Positions 56,488 to 64,000 of a stretch of 64,000 nucleotides of DNA are shown in pieces (positions within the stretch are counted from its first letter, which is position 1; the number at the start of each line of letters is the position of its first letter). Made by a program: the position numbers and the translations under genes. Source of the stretch: Guillardia theta CCMP2712 (taxonomy: Eukaryota; Protista; Cryptophyta); assembly GCF_000315625.1 (NCBI RefSeq), contig NW_005434525.1:64282-128281 (forward strand). Reading direction: 5' to 3'. The notes under the pieces were generated by a model. That model was not told where the DNA came from, made no database searches, and saw only the letters and a program-made list of their open reading frames with translations.

Positions 56488-59157
56488 GCGCCGGTTATTT
56501 CAGGCACCATGGCTGCACGCGTGGTGTAGGGGAAGCCGCCAGGGCGCCAAGGAAGCTGCAAGCGAGAGGTTTGTATACGTCAAATAGCTTTCTAAGTATG
56601 GTTCTTCAGTATGATGAAAATGTTCGCAACCTGCTGTATCGGAGATCTTGCCAATACACGCAGAGCGGACTTGTGGATGCCTCTGTCCTCGAAGCTGACC
56701 TCGTCGAGAGGGTGAAGAGCTTCGCGAAGCGTTATCCGAACAGTAGGACAGCCCAGGCTTGCAAGGCTGTGGAGGGATGCACCCCCGACGCTATCGCAGA
56801 AGCCATCCGCTCGACATGTCAGCAGGCACGACGGGAGCTTCTACAAGAAGCAATGACTGGATGGAGTGACGCATCCAGAGAGTGGTTTATGCAGCAGATT
56901 GAAGAAGCCAAGAAGGAGAAGGTCGAGACATACACCGCCACAGCAGGCAACGAGGTGACTTCCTTCATCTCCATGACTCTCCTGGGCATCTCCTCGGTGT
57001 ATGTCAACCACGAAGAGAAGCTAAAGAAGAAATTCGAAGAGATCGGACTGATCGTAGACTCAGTGCAAGAGAGTAAAGCAATCATGTGGAAGGCTCCGTA
57101 TAGACCCGAGATAGCGAGTGCTGGAGAGATCCCGGTGACTGTTTCCTTCCTCCGCAATGCACAAGCGGAGAAGCTCTGGCAGGGAAGAGAGGACTTCGCG
57201 ATCGATGGTCGCAAGTTCACAGCTGTACATGTGAGCATCGTGCACGATCGATCTTTCAAGATTCGAGCCAAGAGAGGACCCTGGGGCAAAGGGGGCAGCT
57301 TGGCAGAGCTGACTCACCTGCTAACCTTGGGCGGCATGACAACAGCAGAAATAGCTGATGTCTACCGGTATCAGCTGCTGCGCCAGTCCCTTGCAGCGGT
57401 CCAACTCCAGCCGCTGGCAGGCATGCTGGTCGCTGGGGCGCCAGGCCAGCAAGTCCACAAAGGCTTAGGTCAGAAAGGCTTCGTCGCTGTAGGGGCCAAC
57501 GTCATCTGGAGACAGAGGGAGGTGGAGTGGATCGTCTCCTCGAGCTGCCCAGAGGCGAATGATACAGCATTTCGAGCTTTCCGAGAGAGCGAAGCGATGG
57601 AGGGAGTACACCTGACTCTGTTCAGCGAGGACCCGAAGATCAGAGAGGCGCTCGCAGTCGAGTTGACAGCCGATCGCTTTGTGTCCAGAAATAAGTTGAA
57701 GAAGGCATCAAGACTGCAGAAGAAGGCAGGCGGCAAGGACGGCAAGGAGATCAAGATCATCATCAAGTCGACGGCGGCATCTGGTCGCTTCACGAGGAAG
57801 GAGATGGAGGGGCTGTGCAACGGCGGCAACACGTCCATCGCAAGAGTCAAGAGAGTCTTGTTGGAGATCGCTAACAGGCTCGAGATCAACGTTGAAGGCA
57901 TCGACATGGAGGAGGATTTGAACACGAAGTCCTGGAACGGGTCCAAGCTATGCATCTTCCTTGGCTCCACGGAGGATGCTCGACGCATGATGAAGGAGCT
58001 GCCCTTCTATCTCGAAGGCGCAGCCACCAAGCTCGAAGCAGTCGGCTTCGACAAGGAGCCTGAGGCGGCTGGTCAGCGGGGCACCAGCGACGCAGCGCAG
58101 CGACAGGAGGAAAGCGAGGGAGAGTGGCTGGAGTTTACAGACCTGGAGAGGATCACAATGGAGGCAGCATCTCCGTCAAGCCAAGAGGACATGCAGCTCG
58201 TCAGCGAGCTGTCAGCAGTCATCGAAGATGCAGCTTCTTTGAACGAGACGGGGACAAGCGAGCCAATCAAGCTGGTCCTGGACAAGGCTGTTGGCAACCT
58301 CCACGACACCTTCTACTCCCCGGGGAGCCTGGAGTTCATGTCGCTGGGAGAGTGGACGAAGACGCCAGAGGAGCAGGGAGTGGGACGCAACGTTCTCAAG
58401 GAGAAGCTGGGGAAGTGGCTGCAGAGCAAGCGCTGGACTCGCGTGCAAGGAGAGAGCAAGAAGGCAAGGAGGGGCAGCGCGTTCTCGCCACGGGCAACGG
58501 CAGCTGCTGAGCTTGAGCAGGAGGCGGAGAGCGACGACATAGAGCGTCGATCTCTTAGCTTCCTGTTCATAGCACTGAGTAAATTCGCAGAGATGCATGT
58601 GCTGGCCTGCTCGCTGAAGGTGGACAAGAAGGACCGACTGCGGGTGGAGATGAGGGAAGATGACGAAGAAGAGGAAGACATGGAGGAAGAGCAAGGCGAG
58701 GGCGAGGAAGAAGACGGGGCGAGCCCGTACCGAGCTTGAGCTGAGCTCAAGGTAAGGAGAGAAGGTAGGAGGCGACCGAAGGCCAAGGTGAGGAGAGGCA
58801 ACTCTCCTGACTGAGGCTGAGGAAGCTGAATGGAGGAGGAGTAGGTGGCGACCGAAGGCCAAGGTGAGGAGAGGCAACTCTCCTGACTGAGGCTGAGGAA
58901 GCTGAATGGAGGTAGAGTAGGTGGCGACCGAAGGCCAAGGTGAGGAGAGGCAACTCTCCTGACTGAGGCTGAGGAAGCCAAGAGAAGACAGCAGAAGTAG
59001 AAAGTAGAAAGACGCCTCAGAAGCAGGGTTCGCATTGTAGGCCGTGTACTCCCAGTGCTCGCGCGCCTCTTTAGACTAGGATCAAATTGCAAAAGCCCAC
59101 AAAGAGGCCGAGCAACATTCTAGCATTCTAATAAACTCACATAATAATAATAATAAT
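56488..59157 (+). mobile_element. Family A copy A6, full length, single 19-mer
   Basis: Complete leader, intact ORF, 3'UTR and (AAT)n tail. Confidence 0.95.
56598..58739 (+). CDS. Family A ORF1-like protein (~713 aa)
   Basis: Intact ORF from ATG 56598 with an acidic C-terminus. Confidence 0.85.
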   Translation: MVLQYDENVRNLLYRRSCQYTQSGLVDASVLEADLVERVKSFAKRYPNSRTAQACKAVEGCTPDAIAEAIRSTCQQARRELLQEAMTGWSDASREWFMQQIEEAKKEKVETYTATAGNEVTSFISMTLLGISSVYVNHEEKLKKKFEEIGLIVDSVQESKAIMWKAPYRPEIASAGEIPVTVSFLRNAQAEKLWQGREDFAIDGRKFTAVHVSIVHDRSFKIRAKRGPWGKGGSLAELTHLLTLGGMTTAEIADVYRYQLLRQSLAAVQLQPLAGMLVAGAPGQQVHKGLGQKGFVAVGANVIWRQREVEWIVSSSCPEANDTAFRAFRESEAMEGVHLTLFSEDPKIREALAVELTADRFVSRNKLKKASRLQKKAGGKDGKEIKIIIKSTAASGRFTRKEMEGLCNGGNTSIARVKRVLLEIANRLEINVEGIDMEEDLNTKSWNGSKLCIFLGSTEDARRMMKELPFYLEGAATKLEAVGFDKEPEAAGQRGTSDAAQRQEESEGEWLEFTDLERITMEAASPSSQEDMQLVSELSAVIEDAASLNETGTSEPIKLVLDKAVGNLHDTFYSPGSLEFMSLGEWTKTPEEQGVGRNVLKEKLGKWLQSKRWTRVQGESKKARRGSAFSPRATAAAELEQEAESDDIERRSLSFLFIALSKFAEMHVLACSLKVDKKDRLRVEMREDDEEEEDMEEEQGEGEEEDGASPYRA

Positions 59158-59173
59158 AGGGTTTAGGGTTTAG
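59158..59173 (+). repeat. Telomeric tract
   Basis: AGGGTTTAGGGTTTAG. Confidence 0.9.
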
Positions 59174-59265
59174 ATCCCTTTATCTGAGGCATGCAGATCA
59201 GCGGGATCCCTGCGTGGTAGAGCAAGAGTCGCCAGGAACGCAGGAAGCTCGGGAAACCATCGAGA

Positions 59266-61506
59266 ATGCTTCGAAACATGTGGCCAATATCTATTGTGAA
59301 CCCTGACGAGATCGTGCAGTACCGTACCTCCAGCTACCTCAAGAGGCAGACGGAAGCTGCAACGATGCCGTCATCAGCCGAACTGATGCGGAGACTGGAT
59401 GAATTCGCAAGGCAGAACCCCAAAAGCAGGACGAGCAAAGCTCTGAAAGCAAAAGAAATTTCCTTGGAAGCCTTAGCCGAAGCCATCAGTCAGACATGCA
59501 GCTTTGCTGAACCCTCGTCACTGGAGAATCCGAAAGGGCTCAGGCAGTGGGGTGACGATGTCAAGCAGTGGTACCTGTCAGAGTTCCAAGCTGACAGACA
59601 AAGGCAGATGGAGGCCAGATCATATGATGATCAGGGCACCAATGTGCAGACGATTACCATGAAGGTACTTGGGATCCCTGCATACTTTTCCAGACAGGTG
59701 GAAAACTTATGCCTCAAGCTTGAAGAGCAAGGCTTGATCGTCGATCAGACGCAAGATAGCAGGAGCCTGATCTTCAAGGCTCCCTTGAAGCCTGACCTTG
59801 TGCAGGCAGCGGAGATCCCAGCAGTGATCACCTTTGTCCGCAATGAGGCGGCTGAGAAACTCTGGAAAGGAGAAGGTACCTTCAAGGTGGCAGGCAGGAG
59901 GATTCTAGCAGTGAACCCAGCAGCCAACCCACCGATCTCGTTCAAGATGCGGCCAAAGAAGGAGAACATGAGCAGAGTTGGAATCCTAGCTGAGGTGGCC
60001 CAACTCCTGATGCTCAACGATTCGAGCACAGGTGACATATGTGAGATCTACAGGCAGCTATGCCTGAAGCAGGGATTAGCGATCATTGATCTGATCCCAA
60101 ACGCGGGAATGACAGTGAACCTCCCCCCCAAGAGGAACCTGCCGCCAAAGAAGGTGTTCGCTGCGGTAGGAATAGAAACAGTCAACCAGAACAGAGAGGT
60201 CGACTGGATCGCAACGTGCTCGAGCCTTGAAGCAGCGGACATCGTTCTTCAAGCATTCGATCGACATGGAAAGGATCGTGCAGGAGTCACTTTGGGACTG
60301 GTCTCAGAGAATGACAAAATACTGAAATGGTTCTCAGTGCAGATGGAAGCAACGGCGCTGCACAAGAATATGAAGAATGCGGTGCGACAAGAGGGCACGG
60401 CAATGGCAACGGGAGCAGAGATGCTGTACTCGGTACAAATCTCCTCTCCTGTGCCGTCAGGGAAGTTCTCCCGAAATGAGATCGAAAAAATCTGCGCAAG
60501 TGACGAAACGGGCAGAGCAAAAGTCATCCGAAACATTCGGAGGGCTGTCGCTTGCTTTGATCCACAGGTGGAAAAAGATCTCCAACGGATCCACCTCCAA
60601 TGCGATCCAGAAACAGGGATCTGGGATGGGTCTGGTATCATTCTCCGGCTACGCAGTGAAAGTAGTGCAAGAAAGATGATGGCTGAATTCCCCACACAGC
60701 TCCTCTGCTGGCAAGGCACAGTTGAAATCCAAACGACAGCGAGCAGTCTGAACCTCCAAGTGTCGCCTCAGGCAACTCGCGATCAGTCTAACCCTGAGGC
60801 CAGGTCACAAGCGACGGGGACCAGAGCAGAAGGAACTGTGTGGAAAGAGATCGAGCTCAGTTCCATTATCAATGAAACAAACCTCCCAGATGCGGGAACG
60901 GACGTGGTCGTCGAAGAACTTAAGGAAACTATTGCTGACGTAACTAGGAGCGAGCTGCAACAGCAAGGACAGCTTCAACTCCATCTTGATGACGCGGTGC
61001 AAGAGATGGCTCCGGAGAGCCCAGGAAATGCATCCTTCCCCACGCTACAAGAGTGGGCTGATAAGGGTGCCAACGCGGCAGAGAATGCCGTGAGCAAACG
61101 ACTGCGTGAACGAGTCAGGGTGATTGCAGGCAAACATACGTGGAAGGTAGCGAAGCGCAAGAACAGCGCTTTCGCACCAAATGAAGAGAAGCCATTGAAA
61201 ACTGATCTCCTCTTCATTGCTTTGAATAAATTCCTGGAGGCAACGGCGCTCTCCCTCGTAGGAATGCTGGGAGATAGAAACGAATTGAAATTTGTTTTGA
61301 GCAGTGAGCTACAGATGAAAGACGCTCGAATGGAAGCGGAAGAGATGTCGCTTGACTCCTTCCCAGCAGCGGAGGAGGAGGAGGAGAGGGCAGGTGGGAC
61401 AGTGGGCACCAGGGCGTGGTGGAATCAAGCAGAAAGAGACAAGAAGGTGAGAAAAAGAATGACAAAGAAAATCCAAAAAACAGAAAAATACAAACATTCG
61501 ACTTGA
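59266..61506 (+). CDS. Family B ORF1-like protein (746 aa)
   Basis: Intact ORF colinear with the A and C proteins (FARQNPKSRTSKA vs FAKRYPNSRTAQA; TFVRNEAAEKLWKG vs SFLRNAQAEKLWQG). Confidence 0.85.
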   Translation: MLRNMWPISIVNPDEIVQYRTSSYLKRQTEAATMPSSAELMRRLDEFARQNPKSRTSKALKAKEISLEALAEAISQTCSFAEPSSLENPKGLRQWGDDVKQWYLSEFQADRQRQMEARSYDDQGTNVQTITMKVLGIPAYFSRQVENLCLKLEEQGLIVDQTQDSRSLIFKAPLKPDLVQAAEIPAVITFVRNEAAEKLWKGEGTFKVAGRRILAVNPAANPPISFKMRPKKENMSRVGILAEVAQLLMLNDSSTGDICEIYRQLCLKQGLAIIDLIPNAGMTVNLPPKRNLPPKKVFAAVGIETVNQNREVDWIATCSSLEAADIVLQAFDRHGKDRAGVTLGLVSENDKILKWFSVQMEATALHKNMKNAVRQEGTAMATGAEMLYSVQISSPVPSGKFSRNEIEKICASDETGRAKVIRNIRRAVACFDPQVEKDLQRIHLQCDPETGIWDGSGIILRLRSESSARKMMAEFPTQLLCWQGTVEIQTTASSLNLQVSPQATRDQSNPEARSQATGTRAEGTVWKEIELSSIINETNLPDAGTDVVVEELKETIADVTRSELQQQGQLQLHLDDAVQEMAPESPGNASFPTLQEWADKGANAAENAVSKRLRERVRVIAGKHTWKVAKRKNSAFAPNEEKPLKTDLLFIALNKFLEATALSLVGMLGDRNELKFVLSSELQMKDARMEAEEMSLDSFPAAEEEEERAGGTVGTRAWWNQAERDKKVRKRMTKKIQKTEKYKHST

Positions 61507-63050
61507 TAGGGGAGATCCCCTGGAGTCTACGGGAAAACAATAAAGAGTACGGAGCAGCGGCGCTGCTCAACTCAGGAGAAGATGGATTTCTCTCTGAGGA
61601 CGTTATGGAGGCATTAATCGTTGAGGTAAACCGAAATTTAGAACCAGCGGAAGACAGATTTGAAATAGCATGGCTCCAAGGCACGAGGTATGCCAGCGAG
61701 CAAACTAGAAACCAATTTGGGCTGCAGAGAGGGACCATTGTTCTCCCGAGAATAGTAGCGGGTTTGAGAGATCAGGAGGGAAGGGCAAGGAGAGCAAAGC
61801 GACTGTTAGCCGGAGCAGATCAACCATTATTATTCCCATGCGTAGAAAACGGCAATCATTGGATCCTAATCGTGGCAGATGTCAACACAAAAAGAATACA
61901 CATCGTCGACTCGCTCAACACGGCCGGGGAGAGAGACCTGGGGACAGTCAGAAGTCAAAGGGATGCACAGTTTCAATTGGGGGGCGCACAGCGAATGGAC
62001 CTAGCATCACTCGTGGCGACGATCATCACCGAGGCAATTAGCGACCAACAAGAACAAGACGACAAGGCATGGAGGGCATGTGTGTCAACGGGACTGCAAC
62101 AAACGGACGGCTACAACTGCGGAATTTTTGTACTACTGCATCTGCTACTGATCGCAAAGACACGAAAGCAGACGCAACAACACGATATCTTCAACATAGG
62201 TAGGCAACAAGGCGTCCCGCCACACCAACAATGGCTCGTGAGAACAAGGCACCTGCTGCTGGATGGGCTCTGGGGAGGGGGTCTAGAACAAGTGCACATG
62301 CGAGAAACGATCCAATGCATCTGCAGAGCGTTACAACACGCGCAAGAAACAGGCTACAAGGAATGGCAAGCAGCAAAGCTCACCATGGAACGTAGACCTA
62401 ACCAGATGGAAAGGCGAGAGAATGGCCAAAAACGCGCAGGCGAGCTTCAGATGACCCAGGTAGCCGAAGATGCATGGCTAGAGGAGAGATGGAAAGACGG
62501 AGCGGCCCTGCAAATACCAGACAGGTCAGCACAGGGGGACATCCTGCCATACCCCCCTCCACCACCTCCCGCCCCATGCCCCGTCTCTCCACTCCAGCCA
62601 CCTTCCCCCCCACCAGACATGCACGCAGAGACAAACTCGAAGCACGACAAGGAGACTAGGGGGGAGGAAGAGCCATCAGCCCCAACGAAGATGCAAGAGA
62701 GGCACGCGTCTCACCTTCAATGGGCATCGGAGGCGGAGGAGCAAATCCTAACAGCAAGCAGCAACGCACACGAGGCTACCACCGATAGGTCAGTGCACTC
62801 AGCATGGGTGGAAACCCACAAGAAGGACAACGCTCCAGGCAACATCATCTCTCAAAATGTCAATGGATGCAGTCAATTCGTGCTGAAACACATCCTGGCA
62901 TATTTGATTGAGAAGTATCATCCATCTATTGTCATGTTGCAGGAAGTCAGGGTGGGGCGTGGTAAGAAAAAGGAAACAGATCTCCGAATGATGATCAAGA
63001 AAGAATGGGGTGTTTATGACCAAGGGTACAGGGTTTGGGAGAAAGGGTAA
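61416..63050 (+). CDS. Ulp1/SENP (C48) cysteine protease domain plus N-terminal part of the APE endonuclease
   Basis: FLSEDVM, NHWILIVAD, IHIVDSL and QQTDGYNCGIFV supply the His-Asp-Cys triad and oxyanion Gln. IISQNVNG and IVMLQEV are APE motifs I and II. Confidence 0.88.
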   Translation: MVESSRKRQEGEKKNDKENPKNRKIQTFDLIGEIPWSLRENNKEYGAAALLNSGEDGFLSEDVMEALIVEVNRNLEPAEDRFEIAWLQGTRYASEQTRNQFGLQRGTIVLPRIVAGLRDQEGRARRAKRLLAGADQPLLFPCVENGNHWILIVADVNTKRIHIVDSLNTAGERDLGTVRSQRDAQFQLGGAQRMDLASLVATIITEAISDQQEQDDKAWRACVSTGLQQTDGYNCGIFVLLHLLLIAKTRKQTQQHDIFNIGRQQGVPPHQQWLVRTRHLLLDGLWGGGLEQVHMRETIQCICRALQHAQETGYKEWQAAKLTMERRPNQMERRENGQKRAGELQMTQVAEDAWLEERWKDGAALQIPDRSAQGDILPYPPPPPPAPCPVSPLQPPSPPPDMHAETNSKHDKETRGEEEPSAPTKMQERHASHLQWASEAEEQILTASSNAHEATTDRSVHSAWVETHKKDNAPGNIISQNVNGCSQFVLKHILAYLIEKYHPSIVMLQEVRVGRGKKKETDLRMMIKKEWGVYDQGYRVWEKG

Positions 63051-64000
63051 GAGTGATCTACGCCTTGTGATACTGGCGCATGCTGACCTTCTCCCGCGCC
63101 CCCCCTCCTCGCCAAATGGTACAGCATTGGAGGGGGCACACAGACAAAAAATACAAGTTTTACAGATCTCACGAAAAAAAGAAAACATACTTTTGTGTAA
63201 CATTCATATGCCAGTGGCGACGGAGGAGGGGGAACAAGACAGCATGTGGAAGGCGCTAAGCCAGATGCTCAAGCCAGACCCAAACATCAAGCTCATCATC
63301 ATCGGAGGCGACTTCAATGCATCTCGACAACATCCAGAGATCCCCATGAGAATAGGATACGGAAGCAATTCGAGTGTACACCGTGCAGATGAGAAAATGG
63401 AGCAAGTCTTAAATGAGCTTGGGCGAGTCCAGACAGTCACCTGCGAGAAGATGTGCAAAAGCAGCACACACTTCACCTTCTCCACATGGTACAAGCAGGG
63501 TCACCACCAAGCGAAATTGGATCATATCTTTGCTTTCCATCATCCATCTCGCACAGTAAGCCTGATATCGCAGACCGCAGAAGACTGCATCATAGGAGCT
63601 GCCGTCGACCACAGAGCACTCGTAGTGAATGTGAGCTCGCTCGATGCTGAGGGGGAGCAAGCCATCCCAAAGATTGAAATTCTCCCGCAAAGGAGAGATC
63701 GAGAAGCAATTCCTCGACGAAAGAAAAGGGTGGTCGAGATGGACAAGTTATCAGGAAGATTAGGTGTAGAATGGGCAATAGCACTGGATGAGAAGATAAC
63801 AGCGGCAAAAGCCCTACACCAAGACTTGGACATTCTCGAACTGATAACAACAGCCCTCCCCACCAAGGAAATCCCCCTACGAGGCTCAGGCGGTAAACGA
63901 CATGCATCTAAGATTCAGATGGATCTGAAACGGAAACTCAAGCAACTTCAAAGGGATCTGAGAAGCGCATCAGAAATTCCAGACTTTATTGATCGGGCAC
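63040..64000 (+). CDS. Remainder of the APE endonuclease after a frameshift; ORF open to the window end
   Basis: The frame of 63061 reads ...LLCNIHMP...IIIGGDFNA (63295-63321)...KLDHIFA...VDHRALVV. It is missing from the ORF track because it has no stop in the window. Confidence 0.88.

Larger units (their letters stand above)
59174..64000 (+). mobile_element. Family B Dualen-like LINE copy B3, 5' half (runs off the window)
   Basis: Leader, ORF1-like region, Ulp1/C48 protease and APE endonuclease; the reading frame is open at the window end. Confidence 0.9.

Noticed and set aside
42694-59092. Recurrent antisense and alternative-frame ORFs within A copies
   Set aside because: They recur only because the copies are near-identical shadows of the sense ORF, and they show no recognisable motifs.
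36076-64000. HeT-A-style terminal attachment, or LTR or Penelope identity
   Set aside because: 3' tails point distally on the G-rich strand and telomeric repeats separate the units. There are no LTRs, integrase or GIY-YIG domain, and APE/RLE indicate a LINE.

Overview
Eukaryotic, intron- and microsatellite-rich nuclear DNA, probably from an alga or protist. Gene content and TTTAGGG repeats suggest a cryptophyte such as Guillardia theta, which is an inference only. Assembly gaps lie at 2371-2470, 2702-2825, 5462-6303 and 15109-15208. The left 36 kb holds host genes: a spliced receiver-cyclase-receiver protein, a coiled-coil protein, a Cys-rich/ZU5-like membrane protein, a two-domain membrane nucleotide cyclase with inverted C1/C2 order, a HET-like/TPR protein, a Roco-TIR protein and a PD-(D/E)XK-like ORF. 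From 36076 to the window end is a subtelomeric head-to-tail array of 11 non-LTR retrotransposon units, nearly all separated by short (TTTAGGG)n tracts and joined at a fixed phase of the repeat. The array contains two kinds of element. Family B is a large Dualen-like element, reconstructed from partial copies as ORF1-like region, Ulp1/C48 protease, APE, [RT], dead RNase H and RLE. Families A and C are RT-less, encode only a diverged ORF1 homologue and share the 3'-terminal motif TCTAATAAACTCA with B. The 5'-terminal 19 nt of families A and B is amplified into near-perfect arrays of up to about 44 copies, which are also fused to truncated element bodies. The best candidate for an undescribed system is this telomere-targeting, dual-endonuclease/protease LINE with ORF1-only satellites and reiterated 5' ends.
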